DNA from: Chiloscyllium plagiosum
Lineage: Eukaryota
Assembly (NCBI RefSeq): GCF_004010195.1
Contig: NC_057718.1
Span: 81,599,953-81,643,110, forward strand
Direction: 5' to 3'
Length of the DNA stretch: 43,158 nucleotides
Shown: in pieces, positions 1-12,205 of the stretch
Layout: each line of letters starts with the position of its first letter
How positions within the stretch are numbered: position 1 is the first letter of the stretch
The notes under the pieces: model-generated
Told to the model about the DNA's origin: nothing
Database searches by the model: none
The model's input: only the letters and a program-made list of their open reading frames with translations
Translations under genes and position numbers: made by a program

Positions 1-243
1 GTCTGACCTATCACCCTCACCTTGACCTCTTTCCACTTATCACATTTCCGACGCCCCTCCCCCAAGTCCCTACTCCCTACCTTTTATCTTAGCCTGCTGG
101 ACAAACTTTCCTCATTCCTGAAGAAGGGCTTATGACCGAAACGTCGATTCTCCTGTTCCCTGGATGCTGCCTGACCTGCTGCGCTTTTCCAGCAACACAT
201 TTTCAGCTCTGATCTCCAGCATCTGCAGTCCTCACTTTCTCCT
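1..243 (+). mobile_element. 3' UTR / pseudo-LTR end of a Penelope-like element (family A), cut by the window start
   Basis: Same terminal sequence (GGATGCTGCCTGACCTGCTG...CAGCATCTGCAGTCCTCACTTTCTCC) as follows the RT/GIY-YIG ORF at 5475-5719; carries a hammerhead core. Confidence 0.85.
118..145 (+). ncRNA. Minimal hammerhead ribozyme motif in PLE pLTR
   Basis: CTGAAGA-A-GGGC-TTAT-GACC-GAAA-CGTC: CUGANGA and GAAA core, stem II with one mismatch, GUC cleavage triplet. Confidence 0.8.
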
Positions 244-254
244 CTTTATAATCT

Positions 255-428
255 GAACCAACATCATTTTCTGGTCATTTATTCCACTTATTTGCGGGAC
301 ATTGCTGTGCGCAAGTTGTCTCTTATATTGTAAAACATTTCTTATCTGACAATAGCGACCAAATTTCAAAAGTACTTTTTTCTGTAAGGTTTTGCAAGGT
401 GTAACCAAACTGCAAATTCCTTCTTTTT
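255..428 (+). mobile_element. Decayed DeuSINE-like SINE, 3' part
   Basis: TTGCTGTGCGCAA...TTCAAAAGTACTT...TGCAAATTCCTTCTTT resembles the Deu-domain plus tail as I recall it; related antisense copy at 1350-1640. Confidence 0.55.
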
Positions 429-1111
429 AGGACCTTCAGTTCCTTGAGACTGTTCTGCCATTTAGTAAGACCATGATTTGATGTAGCTTAGCTTTCTCAG
501 TGCTCCTCCAAACAGTTTGCTTTTCCTCTGGGCGTTGTCTTCTCTCACATTCACATTCTGTTTCTTAAAATTAGCAAATTCAAGGGATTTTAGTTCCCAG
601 TGTGTTTGGCAAGCTGAGGCCTGCTTTGATTCAAAGTACTTTGGGGGAGTAATTATTCTTTGTTCAAAAGAATGAAAAAAACGAACTGTGTTTTTCGAGA
701 GATCTATTGAAGCTGAACAGATGACACATACTCCTTGTGATTCAATTGAGTGACAGTGTTGGATGGAACCTTTTCCCCTGCCATGGTAACCATCTTGTTA
801 CACATAGTAACCTTGACCACACAAGCACAAAGCTTACTGCAGCGCTTTCTAATGCACTGGGAAACTCACTGCCCTAGCGTACAAAGGCTTGCTTGTCTCA
901 GCGGAAATGAATGCTCCCAGCTTAAAAATGTCCATCCCTGACATCCGTTCTCGCACAGTCTTGCTCCTCAGGAAGCGATTTCATAGACTACCAAACTTCC
1001 GAGTTGAGCAGTTTGCCTGTCCTGCCAAGAGGATTATAGTCATATACTTCTCCGAGGCTCCTTTTACAGAACCGCATGTTCCAGAAATAACAACAGCAAC
1101 TCGCATCTTAC

Positions 1112-1144
1112 CTTTAACAAAATAAAATGCCCTGAGGCTCTTCA
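1112..1144 (-). other. Candidate 33-nt micro-exon, (V)KSLRAFYFVK
   Basis: Minus strand TTTTATTTGTTCCCATCCAG|33 nt|GTAAGA with AAG before the donor; frame-preserving, open only in phase 1; protein not recognised. Confidence 0.3.
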
Positions 1145-1349
1145 CTGGATGGGAACAAATAAAACTTTGACACAGCCACACAATGAGGTGACAACCTATA
1201 CCTAAAAACTTGGTCAAAGAGGTAAGCCTTTTAAAAGAGAAAGGTTGAGAGCAAAAATGATTTAGGAATTAATTCCAATACTTCTTTGGGATTACAGATA
1301 AAGCATGGATAGTCTTCCTAATTTTGATGAATCAGTTGCTGTGGCCAAG

Positions 1350-1640
1350 AATGACAATAAAAAAATGCACCTTTCACAATTTCCCTTCATTGTCAACAAA
1401 ATATTTTTTTGAAATGCAGTCTCTGATGTAATGTAGGCATTCAGTCAGTCAAGTGACACACAGCAACAACTCAAGAGCAGCAATGAGATAAATGTTCAGA
1501 CACACTGTTTCAATGTAGATTTCGAATAAATGTTGCTCAAAACATCAAAGAGATCCCCTGCTGTTCTTTCAGTATAACTTGTACACGAGTGGGAATTGAA
1601 CCCATAACATTCAGAGATGAGAGTTTTGCCAAATGAATTA
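1350..1640 (-). mobile_element. Decayed tRNA-headed DeuSINE-like SINE
   Basis: Box B GGGTTCAATTCCCAC on the minus strand near 1590-1604, followed by Deu-like TTATCTCATTGCTGCT...TTGCTGTGTG...CCTACATTACA. Confidence 0.55.
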
Positions 1641-1867
1641 AACACACTGTTGTTTCAACAAGTTCTTTGACAGCCTGGCTTGATATGCGAAATGGACAAC
1701 AGTTCCTCTGTTACAGCCTTTAACATTGCTAAACTCTGAGCTTGTTTACTTGGAAAACTATTTTATATCTATATTAAGCTTCAAAAATCACAACAGATGA
1801 ATTACAAAGAATTACAGGGGTGGAATTATCACAGAATTTTTAAGTGTGGAAAACGGGTTTTAGGTGA

Positions 1868-2324
1868 CAGGTGCAGAGGAGGTTTACCAGGATGTTGCCT
1901 GGTATGGTAGGAAGATCGTATGAGGAAAGGCTGAGGCACTTGGGGTTGTTTTCATTGGAGAAAAGAAGGTTTAGGGGTGACTTGATAGAGGTGTACAAGA
2001 TGATTAGGGGTTTAGATAGGGTTGACAGTGAGAATCGTTTTCCACGTATGGAGTCAGCTATTACAAGGGGGCATAGCTTGAAATTAAGGGGGTGTAGGTA
2101 TAGGACAGATGTTAGGGGTAGGTTCTTTACTCAGCGAGTCATGAGTTCATGGAATGCCCTGCCAGTAGCAGTGGTGGACTCTCCCTCATTATGGGCATTT
2201 AAGCGGGCATTGGATAGGCATATGGAGGATAGTGGGCTAGTGTAGGTTAGGTGGGCTTGGATCGGCGCAACATCGAGGGCCGAAGGGCCTGTACTGCGCT
2301 GTATTCTTCTATGTTCTATGTTCT
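1868..2324 (+). mobile_element. 5'-truncated CR1/HER1-type LINE, 3' end
   Basis: ORF QRRFTRMLPG...LGLFSLEKRRFRGDLIEVYKMIRG...FFTQRV..WNALP; 3' UTR GGGCCGAAGGGCCTGT and (TTCTATG)n tail. Confidence 0.95.
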
Positions 2325-3167
2325 TAAACATGCCGCATACTTTGGAACAATAGTTTATCTGATCACCTTTCAATCAGCTCACTTTCAGGCAAGTGATTGC
2401 CCTATCACAAACCTCGACACTGGTGATTCGAATCACAAGAACCTGCCAGCCAATCTGAGACCAGCAGCTTCTGGGTCCTAAAATCTGCAGTAACGTCTAC
2501 TCTTCAGGGGTTCTAGCAGTAAAAAGGTGCTTTTTATTGTTTCTTTCCTTGGGATGGAGATTGCAAGTAGAAAGGGGTCAAAGGCAACTGCAGGGGCTAG
2601 CTCGCAGAGACCACCTTGTCCCTGTGCCTGCCATCAGGTTTATGATTGTCCCAAGGTGAAGGTTGTGGAGGTCCCCCCAACTCTGCAAAAAGATCACCAT
2701 GGTCTCAGAGTCAGGAATCTAGCCACTTGTCTCCCCTTCCGCTCCCACTAAGCCAAGCCCCATGGAAGCAGGTGACTGGGAAGATGATGAGTTGAGTCCC
2801 TTAAGTGGTTATTAATTACCCATTTAATTGTCAAGAGAAGTCACCCATGAACCTGTTTGCCCAGCAGCTAATTGTTGAAGTCATGAGAAAGAGGTGAGTT
2901 TTTTTTTCAGGACCTAGTTACTCCATTATTTCCCCTTCTTTGGGACCTTCAGGAAGAGGATGATTACAGCTGTACACCTTTACTGCACTGAAACAGGTCA
3001 TTTGGTTCAACTGATCTGTGTTCCACATGTGTTTCATTCCACCTAAATTCACATTATCCTTTCACTCAATCCCATCTCTCACTTGTTCCCTTGTGTCACG
3101 ATCTAACCTTCCTTCAAATGCATCTATCCCTTTCCCCTCAATCCTTCCCTGTGAAACAAGTCCGACA

Positions 3168-3273
3168 TCAGAGTCAAAAAGGTGTGATGCGAGAAAAGCA
3201 CAGGCCGGTCAGGCAGCATCCGAGGAGCAGGAGAATCAGGAATGAAGAGCTTATGCTCGACCTGTCAACTCCT
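3168..3273. mobile_element. Left part of an older fold-back pLTR element (antisense arm plus degenerate hammerhead); right part at 5623-5719
   Basis: 3168-3238 is antisense pLTR, then ATGAAGAGCTTATGCTCGA (stem II GAGC/GCTC); degenerate flanking repeat AACAAGTCCGACA (3155-3167) / AACAAATTCTACA (5720-5732). Confidence 0.65.
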
Positions 3274-5274
3274 CACTGAGCACGAACGATCAGTCCTCGG
3301 CAAAAACCTCAGCTTTATCCCCCTCCGTCCACGCACTCACTGAGGATGAATGATCAGTCTCAGCAAAGGCCTCATCTTTATTCCCCTCTATCTACACATC
3401 AATGAATTTAATACACGGAGTGATGTCGAACACTTCTTCCTCCGCCTCTGTGCTTACTTTTACAATCAGGACTCCTGCCCACCTTCCGAGGGCCCCTTTG
3501 CCCACCTCCAGCACACTCCATCCACCTGGACACTCCGTGCTGGCCTATTACCTGCCCTCGATCTCTTAATTTCCAATTACCGCTGAGACGTTAACCACCT
3601 CAACCTGTCTTAACCGCCTCCCCCACTCCAACCTCCCCCCACCTCACAATGCGCAGCCCTCCACCCCCTCTGCTCCAATCCCAACCTCACCATCAAACCC
3701 GCAGATAAAGGGGGTGCAGTGGTAGTTTGGTGCACTGACCTGTACACCACTGAAGCCAGACGCCAACTCGAAGCCACCTCCTCCTACCACCCCATCTCCA
3801 AACCGTCATCTCCCACACCATACAGAACCTCATCACCTCAGGAGATCTCCCACCCACAGCTTCCAACTTCATAGTCCAGGAACCCTGCACTGCCCGGTTC
3901 TATCTCCTTCCCAAGATCCACAAGCCTGACCACCCTGGTCGACCCATTGTCTCAGCATGCTCCTGCCCCACCGAACTCATCTCTACCTACCTTGACACTG
4001 TCCTATCCCCCCCCCAGTCCAAGAACTCCCTACATACGTTCGAGACACCACTCATGCCTTCCACCTTCTCCAAGATGTTTGTTTCACCGGCCCCCAACGC
4101 CTCATCTTCACCATGGATATCCAATCCCTCCACACCTCCATCCGCCATGACCAAGACCTCCAAGCCCTCAGTTTCTTCCTCTCATGATGTCCCCAACAGT
4201 ACCCTTCCACCGACACTCTCATTCGGTTGGCTGAACTGGTCCTCACTCTTAAACAATTTCTCCTTCAAATCCTCCCACTTCCTCCAGACCAAAAGGGGTA
4301 GCCATGGGCACCCGTATGGGCCCCAGCTATGCCTGTCTCTTTGTTGGCTATACCGGCACCACTCCCCACTCCTTCCTCCGCTACATTGATGACTGCATTT
4401 GCGCCACCTCGTGTTCCCCTGCGAGGAGTTTGAGCAATTCATCAACTTCACCAACACATTCCACCCCGATCTTAAATTCACCTGGACCATCTCTGACACT
4501 TCCCTCCACTTCCTGGACCTCTCCGTCTCCATTAATGACGACCAACTTGACACTGACAATTTTTACAAACCCATTGACTCCCACAGCTACCTGGATTACA
4601 CCTCTTCCCTCCCTGCCTCCTGCAAAAATGCCATTCCGTATTCCCAATTTCTCCGCCTCCACTGTATCTGCTCCCACGAGGACCAGTTCCACCACAGAAC
4701 ACACCAGATGGCCTCCTTCTTTAGACACCGCAATTCCCCTTCCCACGTGGTTAAAGATACCCTCCAACGTATCTCGTCCACATACCGCCCCTCTTCCCTC
4801 AAACCCCACCCTTCCAACCATAACAAGGACAGAACCCCCCCCCCCCCCGGTGCTTACCTTCCACCCTACCAACCTTCGCATAAACCAAATCATCTGACGA
4901 CATTTCCGCCACTTCCAAACGGACCCCACCACCAGGGATATATTTCCCTCCCCACCCATTTCCGCTTTCTGCAAAGAGCGTTCCCTCCATGACTACTTGG
5001 TCAGGTCCACACCCCGCAACATCCCACCCTCCCGTATTGGCACCCTCCCCTGCCACTGCAGGAATTGCGAAACCTGCGCCCACACCTCCTCCCTCACCTC
5101 CATCCAAGGCCCCAAAGGAGCCTTCCACATCCATCAAAGTTTTATCTGCACATCCACCAATACCATTTATTGTATCCGTTGCTCCCGATGCGGTCTCCTC
5201 TACATTGGGGAGACTGGACACCTCCTAGCAGAGCCTTAAGGGAACATCTCCAGGACACCCGCACCAATCAACCC

Positions 5275-5474
5275 NNNNNNNNNNNNNNNNNNNNNNNNNN
5301 NNNNNNNNNNNNNNNNNNNNNNNNNNNNNNNNNNNNNNNNNNNNNNNNNNNNNNNNNNNNNNNNNNNNNNNNNNNNNNNNNNNNNNNNNNNNNNNNNNNN
5401 NNNNNNNNNNNNNNNNNNNNNNNNNNNNNNNNNNNNNNNNNNNNNNNNNNNNNNNNNNNNNNNNNNNNNNNNNN
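5275..5474. other. Assembly gap (200 N)
   Basis: Run of N. Confidence 1.
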
Positions 5475-5493
5475 AGGCACCCTGCCTCTATTC

Positions 5494-5521
5494 CTGATGA
5501 AGGGCTTTTGCCCGAAACGTC
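5494..5521 (+). ncRNA. Minimal hammerhead ribozyme motif (intact core)
   Basis: CTGATGA-A-GGGC-TTTT-GCCC-GAAA-CGTC; perfect 4-bp stem II, palindromic ACGT in place of stem III. Confidence 0.88.
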
Positions 5522-6196
5522 GATTTTCCAGCTCCTTGGATGCTGCCTGACCTGCTGTGCTTTTCCAGCACCACTCTAATCTAGACTCTGGTTTCCAGCA
5601 TCTGCAGTGCTTGTTGTTACCTAACTCTCCTGCTCGTCAGATGCTGCCTGACTGGCTGTGCTTTTCCAGCACTACACTTTCGACTCTGTTCTCCAGCATC
5701 TGTCGTCCTCACTTTCTCCAACAAATTCTACACTCTGATCACTCTCTGAGTTAAAATGTTTCTCCTGACTTGCTTGTTGAATTGATTATTAACTGATAGT
5801 TATGGCCCCTGGTTCTAGCATCTCACAAAATTTATATCAACTGCTTTATCAAACCTTTTCATAATTTTAAAAATATCTAACACATCAGCCTTCAGTGTTC
5901 GCTCTCTAAAGAAATGATACCCAATCTCTTCCTTATTGGTCTACCTTCTCAGTACTAGTGTTACTCTTGTCATTTGAACATCATTTAATGCTCCTATGAG
6001 TTTAACATAACTTCTCTCCTTATGAATCCTGTTCATTTAGAAATGAATTCCCAAGGTATTTTTCATCTTTATGGCTTTGTTAACATGAATGGCCAATTTT
6101 CATGTGAATTTGTCCCCGGACCCTTTTGCACTTGTGTCCCATTTGTCTCATAATTCCAAAGATAAGTGGCCTCTTATCTCCCCTACCAAAATGCAA

Positions 6197-6347
6197 TCGT
6201 TAGAAAGTGAGGACTGCAGATGCTGGAGATCAAAGTTGAGAGTGTGGTGCTGGAAAGGCACAGTAGGTCAGGCAGCATCCGAAAAGCAGGATTCTGCTCC
6301 TTGGTTCCTGCCTGACCTGCTGTGCTTTTCCAGTACCACACTCTCGA
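6197..6347. mobile_element. 151-bp fold-back pLTR fragment with 14-bp target-site duplication
   Basis: Antisense arm ~6203-6290 and sense arm ~6291-6347; CTACCAAAATGCAA at 6183-6196 and 6348-6361. Confidence 0.85.
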
Positions 6348-6989
6348 CTACCAAAATGCAACCCTGTAGACTTCTCCATGTTGAAATTAATTTGCCATTT
6401 ATGTGCTATTCTTCATGTTTGTTGATGTCATCTTATGCGTTATCATAATTTTCTTCAGGTTTAACACACCTGGTTTGGTATCATCAGTTAAAATAAAAAC
6501 CCAAATTGATAGCAGAAATAGTGAACAACAGCAGTCCCAACCAGCAGTGCTCCTGTTGATCACTGCATCTCACTTAATGTCAGGTTGAAGAACTACATTT
6601 AATACCTATGCACTATTTTCTATATTGTAGGCTGTTTGCTATCTACATTGAGACTTGCCCCTGATTCATAAGCTCTGATCTTAATGCTGGGTCAGCTGTG
6701 CAAAAGCTTTTTGAAAGTACAAGACTATTCTATCCATCTCATTATCCTTGTCTATGCTTCTATTACCTCTGCGAATATTTCAATAAATTTGGTCAAGCTT
6801 AACCTTTCCTTTTGAAATTCATGCTGCCTATTCTTCATTATTAACTTCTAGAGGTTTTTTTGTCTCCATTATATCTTTGAGTAAAGATTCACTTTGATCC
6901 TCAGGTGTTGTGGGATGCCTACAAAGAACATTATTGCTGCTTCTATTTGTTTTCATTAAGTACTGCCAAGCAATTACATTTTTTTTTAA

Positions 6990-7570
6990 CTGGTGGCAAG
7001 TGATGTTACAGCAATATAAAACTTTAGTTAGGCCACATTTGAAATCATATGCACAGTTCTGGTTGCCACACTACCAGAAGGACATGGATGCTTTGGAGAG
7101 GGAGAAAAGGTTTACCAGGATGTTGCCTGATTTGGAGGGTTTTAGTTATGAGGAAAGGTTGGATAAGCTTGGATTGTTTTCACTGGAAAGATGGAGGCTG
7201 AGGGGTGATTTGATAGAGGTTTACAGAAGTATGAGAGGAATAGATAGGGTGGATAATCAGAGACTTGTTCCCAGAGTGGCAAGGTCAAATACAAGAGGGC
7301 ATAGGTTTAGGGTGAGAGAGGAAACATTTAGGGGAGAATTGTGGGGAAAGCTTTTTACACAGAGGGTTGTGGGTGGTTGGAATGCACTGCCAGTGGAAGT
7401 GGTGGAAGCAGGCATGTTATCAATGTTTAAGACTTATCTTGATAGACACATGTACATGAGATGAACAAAGAGATAGATATCACACATGGTCAATAAGCAG
7501 GTCTAAATAAGGATTAGGAATCAGCCCAGGCTGGTGGGCCAAAAGGTCTGTTCCTGTGCTGTATTGTGTG
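6990..7570 (+). mobile_element. 5'-truncated CR1-type LINE, 3' end
   Basis: YKTLVRPHL...LGLFSLERWRLRGDLIEVY...TRGHRF...FTQRVVGGWNALP, then CR1 3' UTR. Confidence 0.92.
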
Positions 7571-7904
7571 CCTATTACTATGGTTGAGTGATAAGGAACA
7601 ATACACTTTTCATGAGGGTTGAACCCAAACCTGCAAGCCAAGTTTAAGTTGTCTACTGAAAATGTACACAACCAGTCAAATCTGTCTGATAGGCAGCGAC
7701 AAGCAATCTGGGACCTCAAATCTGTCATCATCAGTATTTGAATTGAAACTATTACTACACTTGAAGACAGTTGGCAAATAAAAAATAGCTATTGTGCATG
7801 TTGTAAGTTATAATGAACTGTGATCACACAGAATCTGAGTGTACAGAATTCAAGAGTTGTGCTCTCTTACACTCTCCTGTATATATTGTATACACTTGCG
7901 TATA

Positions 7905-9425
7905 AATTCAGAGTGGAAGTAGGACATTGAGCCTGCTCCCCGGTTCAGTAAGATTGTGGATGATCAGTTTGTGTTTTGAATTCCACATTCTTATCAATTC
8001 CTGATACAGTCATACAGCATGGAAACAGACCCTTCAGTTCTACTTGCCCACGCAAACAAGATATCCTAAATTAATCTAGTTCCATTTGCTAGCATTTGGT
8101 CCATATCCCTCTAAACCCTTTCTATTCATATACCCATCCAGATGCTTTTTAAATGCTGTAATTATACCAGCCTCCACCACTTCCTCTGGCAGTTCATTCC
8201 ATACACGTACCACCCTCTGTGAGTAAAGGTTGCACCTTAGGTCTCTTTTAAATCTTTCCCGTCTCACCCTAAACCTACACTGTCTAGTACTGAACTCCCC
8301 TACCCTGGAGAAAAGACCTTGTCTATTCACCATATCCATGCCCTTCATGATTTTATAAATCTCTATAAGGTGACCCTCAGCCTGTGACATTCCAAGGAAA
8401 ATAGTCCCAACCTATACAGCCTCTCCCTATAGCTCAAATCCACCAACACTAGCAACATCTTTGTGAATCTTTACTGAACCCTTTCAAGTTTCCCAACATG
8501 TTTCCTATAGCAGTGAAACCAGAACTGAAAGCAGAATTCCAAAAGTGGTCCAACCAATGTTCTGTATGGCCGCAACATGACCTACCCAACTTCTATATCA
8601 ATGCACTGACCAATAAAGGAAAGCATACCAAACACCGTCTTCACTATCCTATCTATCTGTGACTCCACTTTCAAGGAACTATGAACCTACACTCCAAGAT
8701 CCCTTTGTTTGGCAACATTCCCCAGGACCTCACCATAAAGGTAATCTTTGATTCCCTTGGCTAACAAGAATCTACCAGCCTCTGCCTTAAACTATTCAGT
8801 GATCCCACCTTCACCAACTCTGATGCAGTGAGTTCAAAACTTGCACAACTTTCTGACAGCAACTCTTTTCTTAAAACAGTAGTCCCTAGTTCTGGCCTCA
8901 CCCACAGGAAAGACAGACAATCTCAACGTCCTCCTTGCTAAGACCATTCAGGATCTTTTTTACTTCCCTCAAATCACCCTTGTGCTTCTAAATTCCAGTG
9001 GAAACAAGCCCAGCTTGTCCAACCCATCATCATGAGACAACCCACTCATTGCAGTTATCAATCAAGTAAACTTCTTCTGAACCACCTTCAACACATTTAC
9101 TAAATAAGTAGACTGTACGTATATGCAGTATTCGAGATGTTGTATAACAGAAGCATAAAATCCTTGCTTTTGTGTCAATTCCTCTCATGATAAAGGATAG
9201 CATTCCACTAATGTTCTTGATTACTTGCTGTGTCTGCATATCAATCTTTGTGACACATCCATTCAGACACCTAATTCCTCAGCATCTCAGAATTCCACAG
9301 TCATTCCCTATTTAAGTAATACCCAGCTTTTTCATTCTTCCTTCCAAAGTGAACAATTTTAGATATCCCATATTATTCTCCATTTGCCAGTACTTTTTTC
9401 CACTCACTCCAGTTCTGTAAGTCAC
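7905..9425 (-). mobile_element. Old CR1-type LINE 3' part, interrupted by a younger CR1 at ~8009-8740
   Basis: Antisense remnants KYWQME, SGMLSFIMRGI; 3' UTR near 7905-8005. Confidence 0.7.
8009..8740 (-). mobile_element. Younger 5'-truncated CR1/HER1-type LINE
   Basis: Minus ORF LIEIYKIMKGMD...SQRVVRVWNELPEEVVEAG; highly similar to ~25650-26378. Confidence 0.93.
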
Positions 9426-9519
9426 TGCTGCACATGGATCTTGGAGGCCCATGCAGACAAAAACAAAATTAGTGTGAACACTGATGCTAACGGCCATGTT
9501 TCAAGCTCCTCATGATGGC

Positions 9520-10970
9520 ACGAAGAAAGTTCGCAGGCAGGAAGAAAGTCCTGCCCACACTGCAGAAAGCCACAATTGTTGTATAATAGCAGATCATTTA
9601 CAAAATTCTATATTCAAAAACTCAAAGCCACTATCTTTAAAGGTAGACCTACACAAGAAACTATTTCTCTTGGTAAAATCACAATGGTCATCATTATTGG
9701 AGTGCTAACATTGCAGTCAATGGCAAAAAAAACACTTTTGGCCAGAGGGGCTGAAGTAACTATTTTGTAGATATCCTGAAATGACTCTGTAAGATTGCCC
9801 TGTAGCCTTATTCTGTCACTCTTTATGACCCAGGAAAAAGCAGTATCAATATCACTTCAGCTTCAGGCAAAATTAAGACACTAGGACACAAAGACAAAGG
9901 AATCCTAAGAAATACTCTGCATTATCCATAATTAGTAATGTTCACTGATAAGCAGGAGAGGCTCAAATCTCTCAAATGCATTCTTCTACTTATAGAAGCA
10001 ATCAATAAACCTGTAATGAATTTCAACAATTTCAAAATAAAACTATAAAAGCCTAGGAAAACTGAACACTACATATATTATCACACTGAAAAATGCAGCT
10101 GCTTATTCACACCTAGGAAGATCCCATACCCACTTCAGAAAATGATACAATTGAAACTGAAGCCATCTCCACATAGAATTATTTTGCCTGTCACACAACC
10201 CGCCACAATGTGCTCTTCTGTGGTGCCAGTTCTCACACTGAATGTACCCATGAGAATTTGTGTAGATTTAACAAATTTGAACAAGGAAGTACAACGAGAA
10301 AGTTGCCAAATTTGTCTCTAGATGAGAGCTTAGCTAAACTTCACCAAGTTGGATATGAACAGCAGATTCCAGCAACTTCCTCTAGATGAGGATTTTAAAC
10401 TGATAAATTTAATGCAGCCCTCTGAATATTATTGTTTTAACCATCTGCCTTTTGGGATCATGTCCACAGCTGAGAGTTTCCAAAGGATCAATACCCAATT
10501 TCTTAGAAGGCAAAAAATGCAACACATTGCACTTGGATGACATACTTATGCATGGATTGCAAGATGCCAAGTTGACACTCGATGGTAAGTGTGAATTCTC
10601 AAAGTCAATGTTAACAATGTTTAAACCACATTACCCAAGCAGCAGGTATCACGACAGACTTATGGAAGTCGGAAGCCATTTGGAAGTTTCTGCCATCCAG
10701 AAATATTACAGAGCTCCGATGATTTCTTTGAATGATGAATCAGGAGAGATAATTCTTAACTTTCCTGGCCCAACTCACTGAACCTCTAAAACAACTTTTA
10801 AAACAAAATCAGCTATGATTTTGGAGTGAGCATCAATGGCATTCATTCAACTAAATCAAGGATATCCTCATATTCCTGGAGGTCTTGACTCACTATGATT
10901 CCAAATCTCTGACTATTGAGCAGCAGGTGCATTATCATTAGATCCAGGACCAGTTTTATATCAGATTCAG
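9520..10970 (+). mobile_element. Decayed Ty3/Gypsy-like LTR retrotransposon gag-pol remnant
   Basis: Ordered remnants: knuckle-like PAHTAESHNC, protease-like RGAEVTIL, RT CVDLTNLNKEVQRE, LDMNSRFQQLPLDE, YCFNHLPFGIMSTAESFQR, HLDDILMHG, KCEFSK; no LTRs or integrase seen. Confidence 0.8.
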
Positions 10971-12063
10971 TGCTTTGGATCAGAGGCCCTGTCTATGAAG
11001 AATAGAATAACATGATGGAAAAGGTTGAGACATTGGTAATTAATGGAAGCTCCAGCAGCAGGTGGCAACACTAGAAGAGGACACTGAGCAGGGGAGCTTG
11101 AGCAATTGTACTGGGACCTCCAGTACCAAGTGCGACAGTTAGGTAAGGTAGCCAGCGCAGTCAAAGAGACCCTCTTAGGAAAGAAAGATGTCTTTTGAAG
11201 TAATGGTGGGGTGCTCATGGGAAGAAGGAGCAGACAAAGAATTCCTCAACCCAATGTAAACCATATGGTCAATGCTTCCTTGTTAAACCTTAATTTCCTT
11301 TCATGTTTGTAATGACCTGATGCCATTAGAATAAAGAATCCCTGCTTCATTATCTTTGGGCTGTCTGATGTTTGAATCTCATTCCAATATTGTGCTGCCA
11401 TCTTTGATGGATTTCCCTGCCAGCGAGACAGGAAGAATGAAAGCATGTTGATGCAACAGTCTGAGGCATGGGTCAGGTACAACTTGCTGTGTATGCCAAT
11501 GTTAGGCTGCTGCTTAACTAGTTTGTCAGACACTTTAGTTACAAGTCTCCAGACGTTAGTGAAAAGGAAAAGGAAACATATATTGCTACATGCTAACAGT
11601 AATGAGCATTTCAGTTCTGACTTCAGTGCCACAGAGTAAGAGGTTGTGGTTAGAAATGTTGATCTCTCCAGATATTAATTGGGTATTCTTGGATTAGGGA
11701 ATAGAGATTTGAGGGAAGGGAAAGATGGTGAGTTGGAAGTGTTGACATTATCTGTGCTGAAGAAAAGAAAAGGGAAGAGATGAAGTTAGAAGAAAATTAG
11801 ATACATTCATCCAATTTGGGTTGCCATCAAATAGCTTTTACGATGTTACTTTACAGGCTACTTCTCTATCATCTTTAAAGGTAAGGGAAAAAAAAACTTG
11901 CCATTAGCTGATCTAAATAACTTATATAATTTGCATAGGTGGTTAAAAAGAGAATGTACCTTTTGGCACAATCTGTTTCTATATTGATAAATATAAATAC
12001 TGGTAATGTGGTTAATTATATTTGTTTATCTGAATACATAGAGAATTCCTTTTCTGTTAAAAA

Positions 12064-12205
12064 TTGCCATCCTTATCTGGTCTGGCTTACATGTGACTCC
12101 AGACCCACAGCAACGTGGTTAACTCTTAACTACCCTCTGCACAGTTAGGGATGGGAAATGAATGCTAGCCTGGCCTGTGATGCCCACATTCTGTGAATGA
12201 ATAAT
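12064..12205 (+). mobile_element. SINE/L2-like-tail fragment
   Basis: GTCTGGCTTACATGTGACTCCAGACCCACAGCAA...TTAGGGATGGG...GATGCCCACATT...GAATGAATAA; second copy antisense at 17820-17920. Confidence 0.6.

Larger units (their letters stand above)
3274..5622 (+). mobile_element. Penelope-like retroelement family A, frameshifted (RT + GIY-YIG + pLTR)
   Basis: Fragments [75 protein letters not shown]; spans a 200-N gap. Confidence 0.93.
2975..6830 (-). mobile_element. Old, decayed CR1-type LINE (pieces ~2975-3167 and ~5720-6830) split by PLE insertions
   Basis: Antisense CR1 3' UTR and RT remnants (e.g. CCAAAATGCAA = LHFG, AATTTGCCATTT, AAATTCATGCTG); sequence reads continuously across 3167/5720. 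Confidence 0.65.

Noticed and set aside
981..1217. Minus ORF with KMRVAVVISGT resembling the GAR transformylase N-terminus
   Set aside because: No downstream similarity in any frame; likely chance
4381..5221. Long antisense ORFs over PLEs (also 34691-36157)
   Set aside because: Shadow ORFs caused by the C-rich strand bias of the elements
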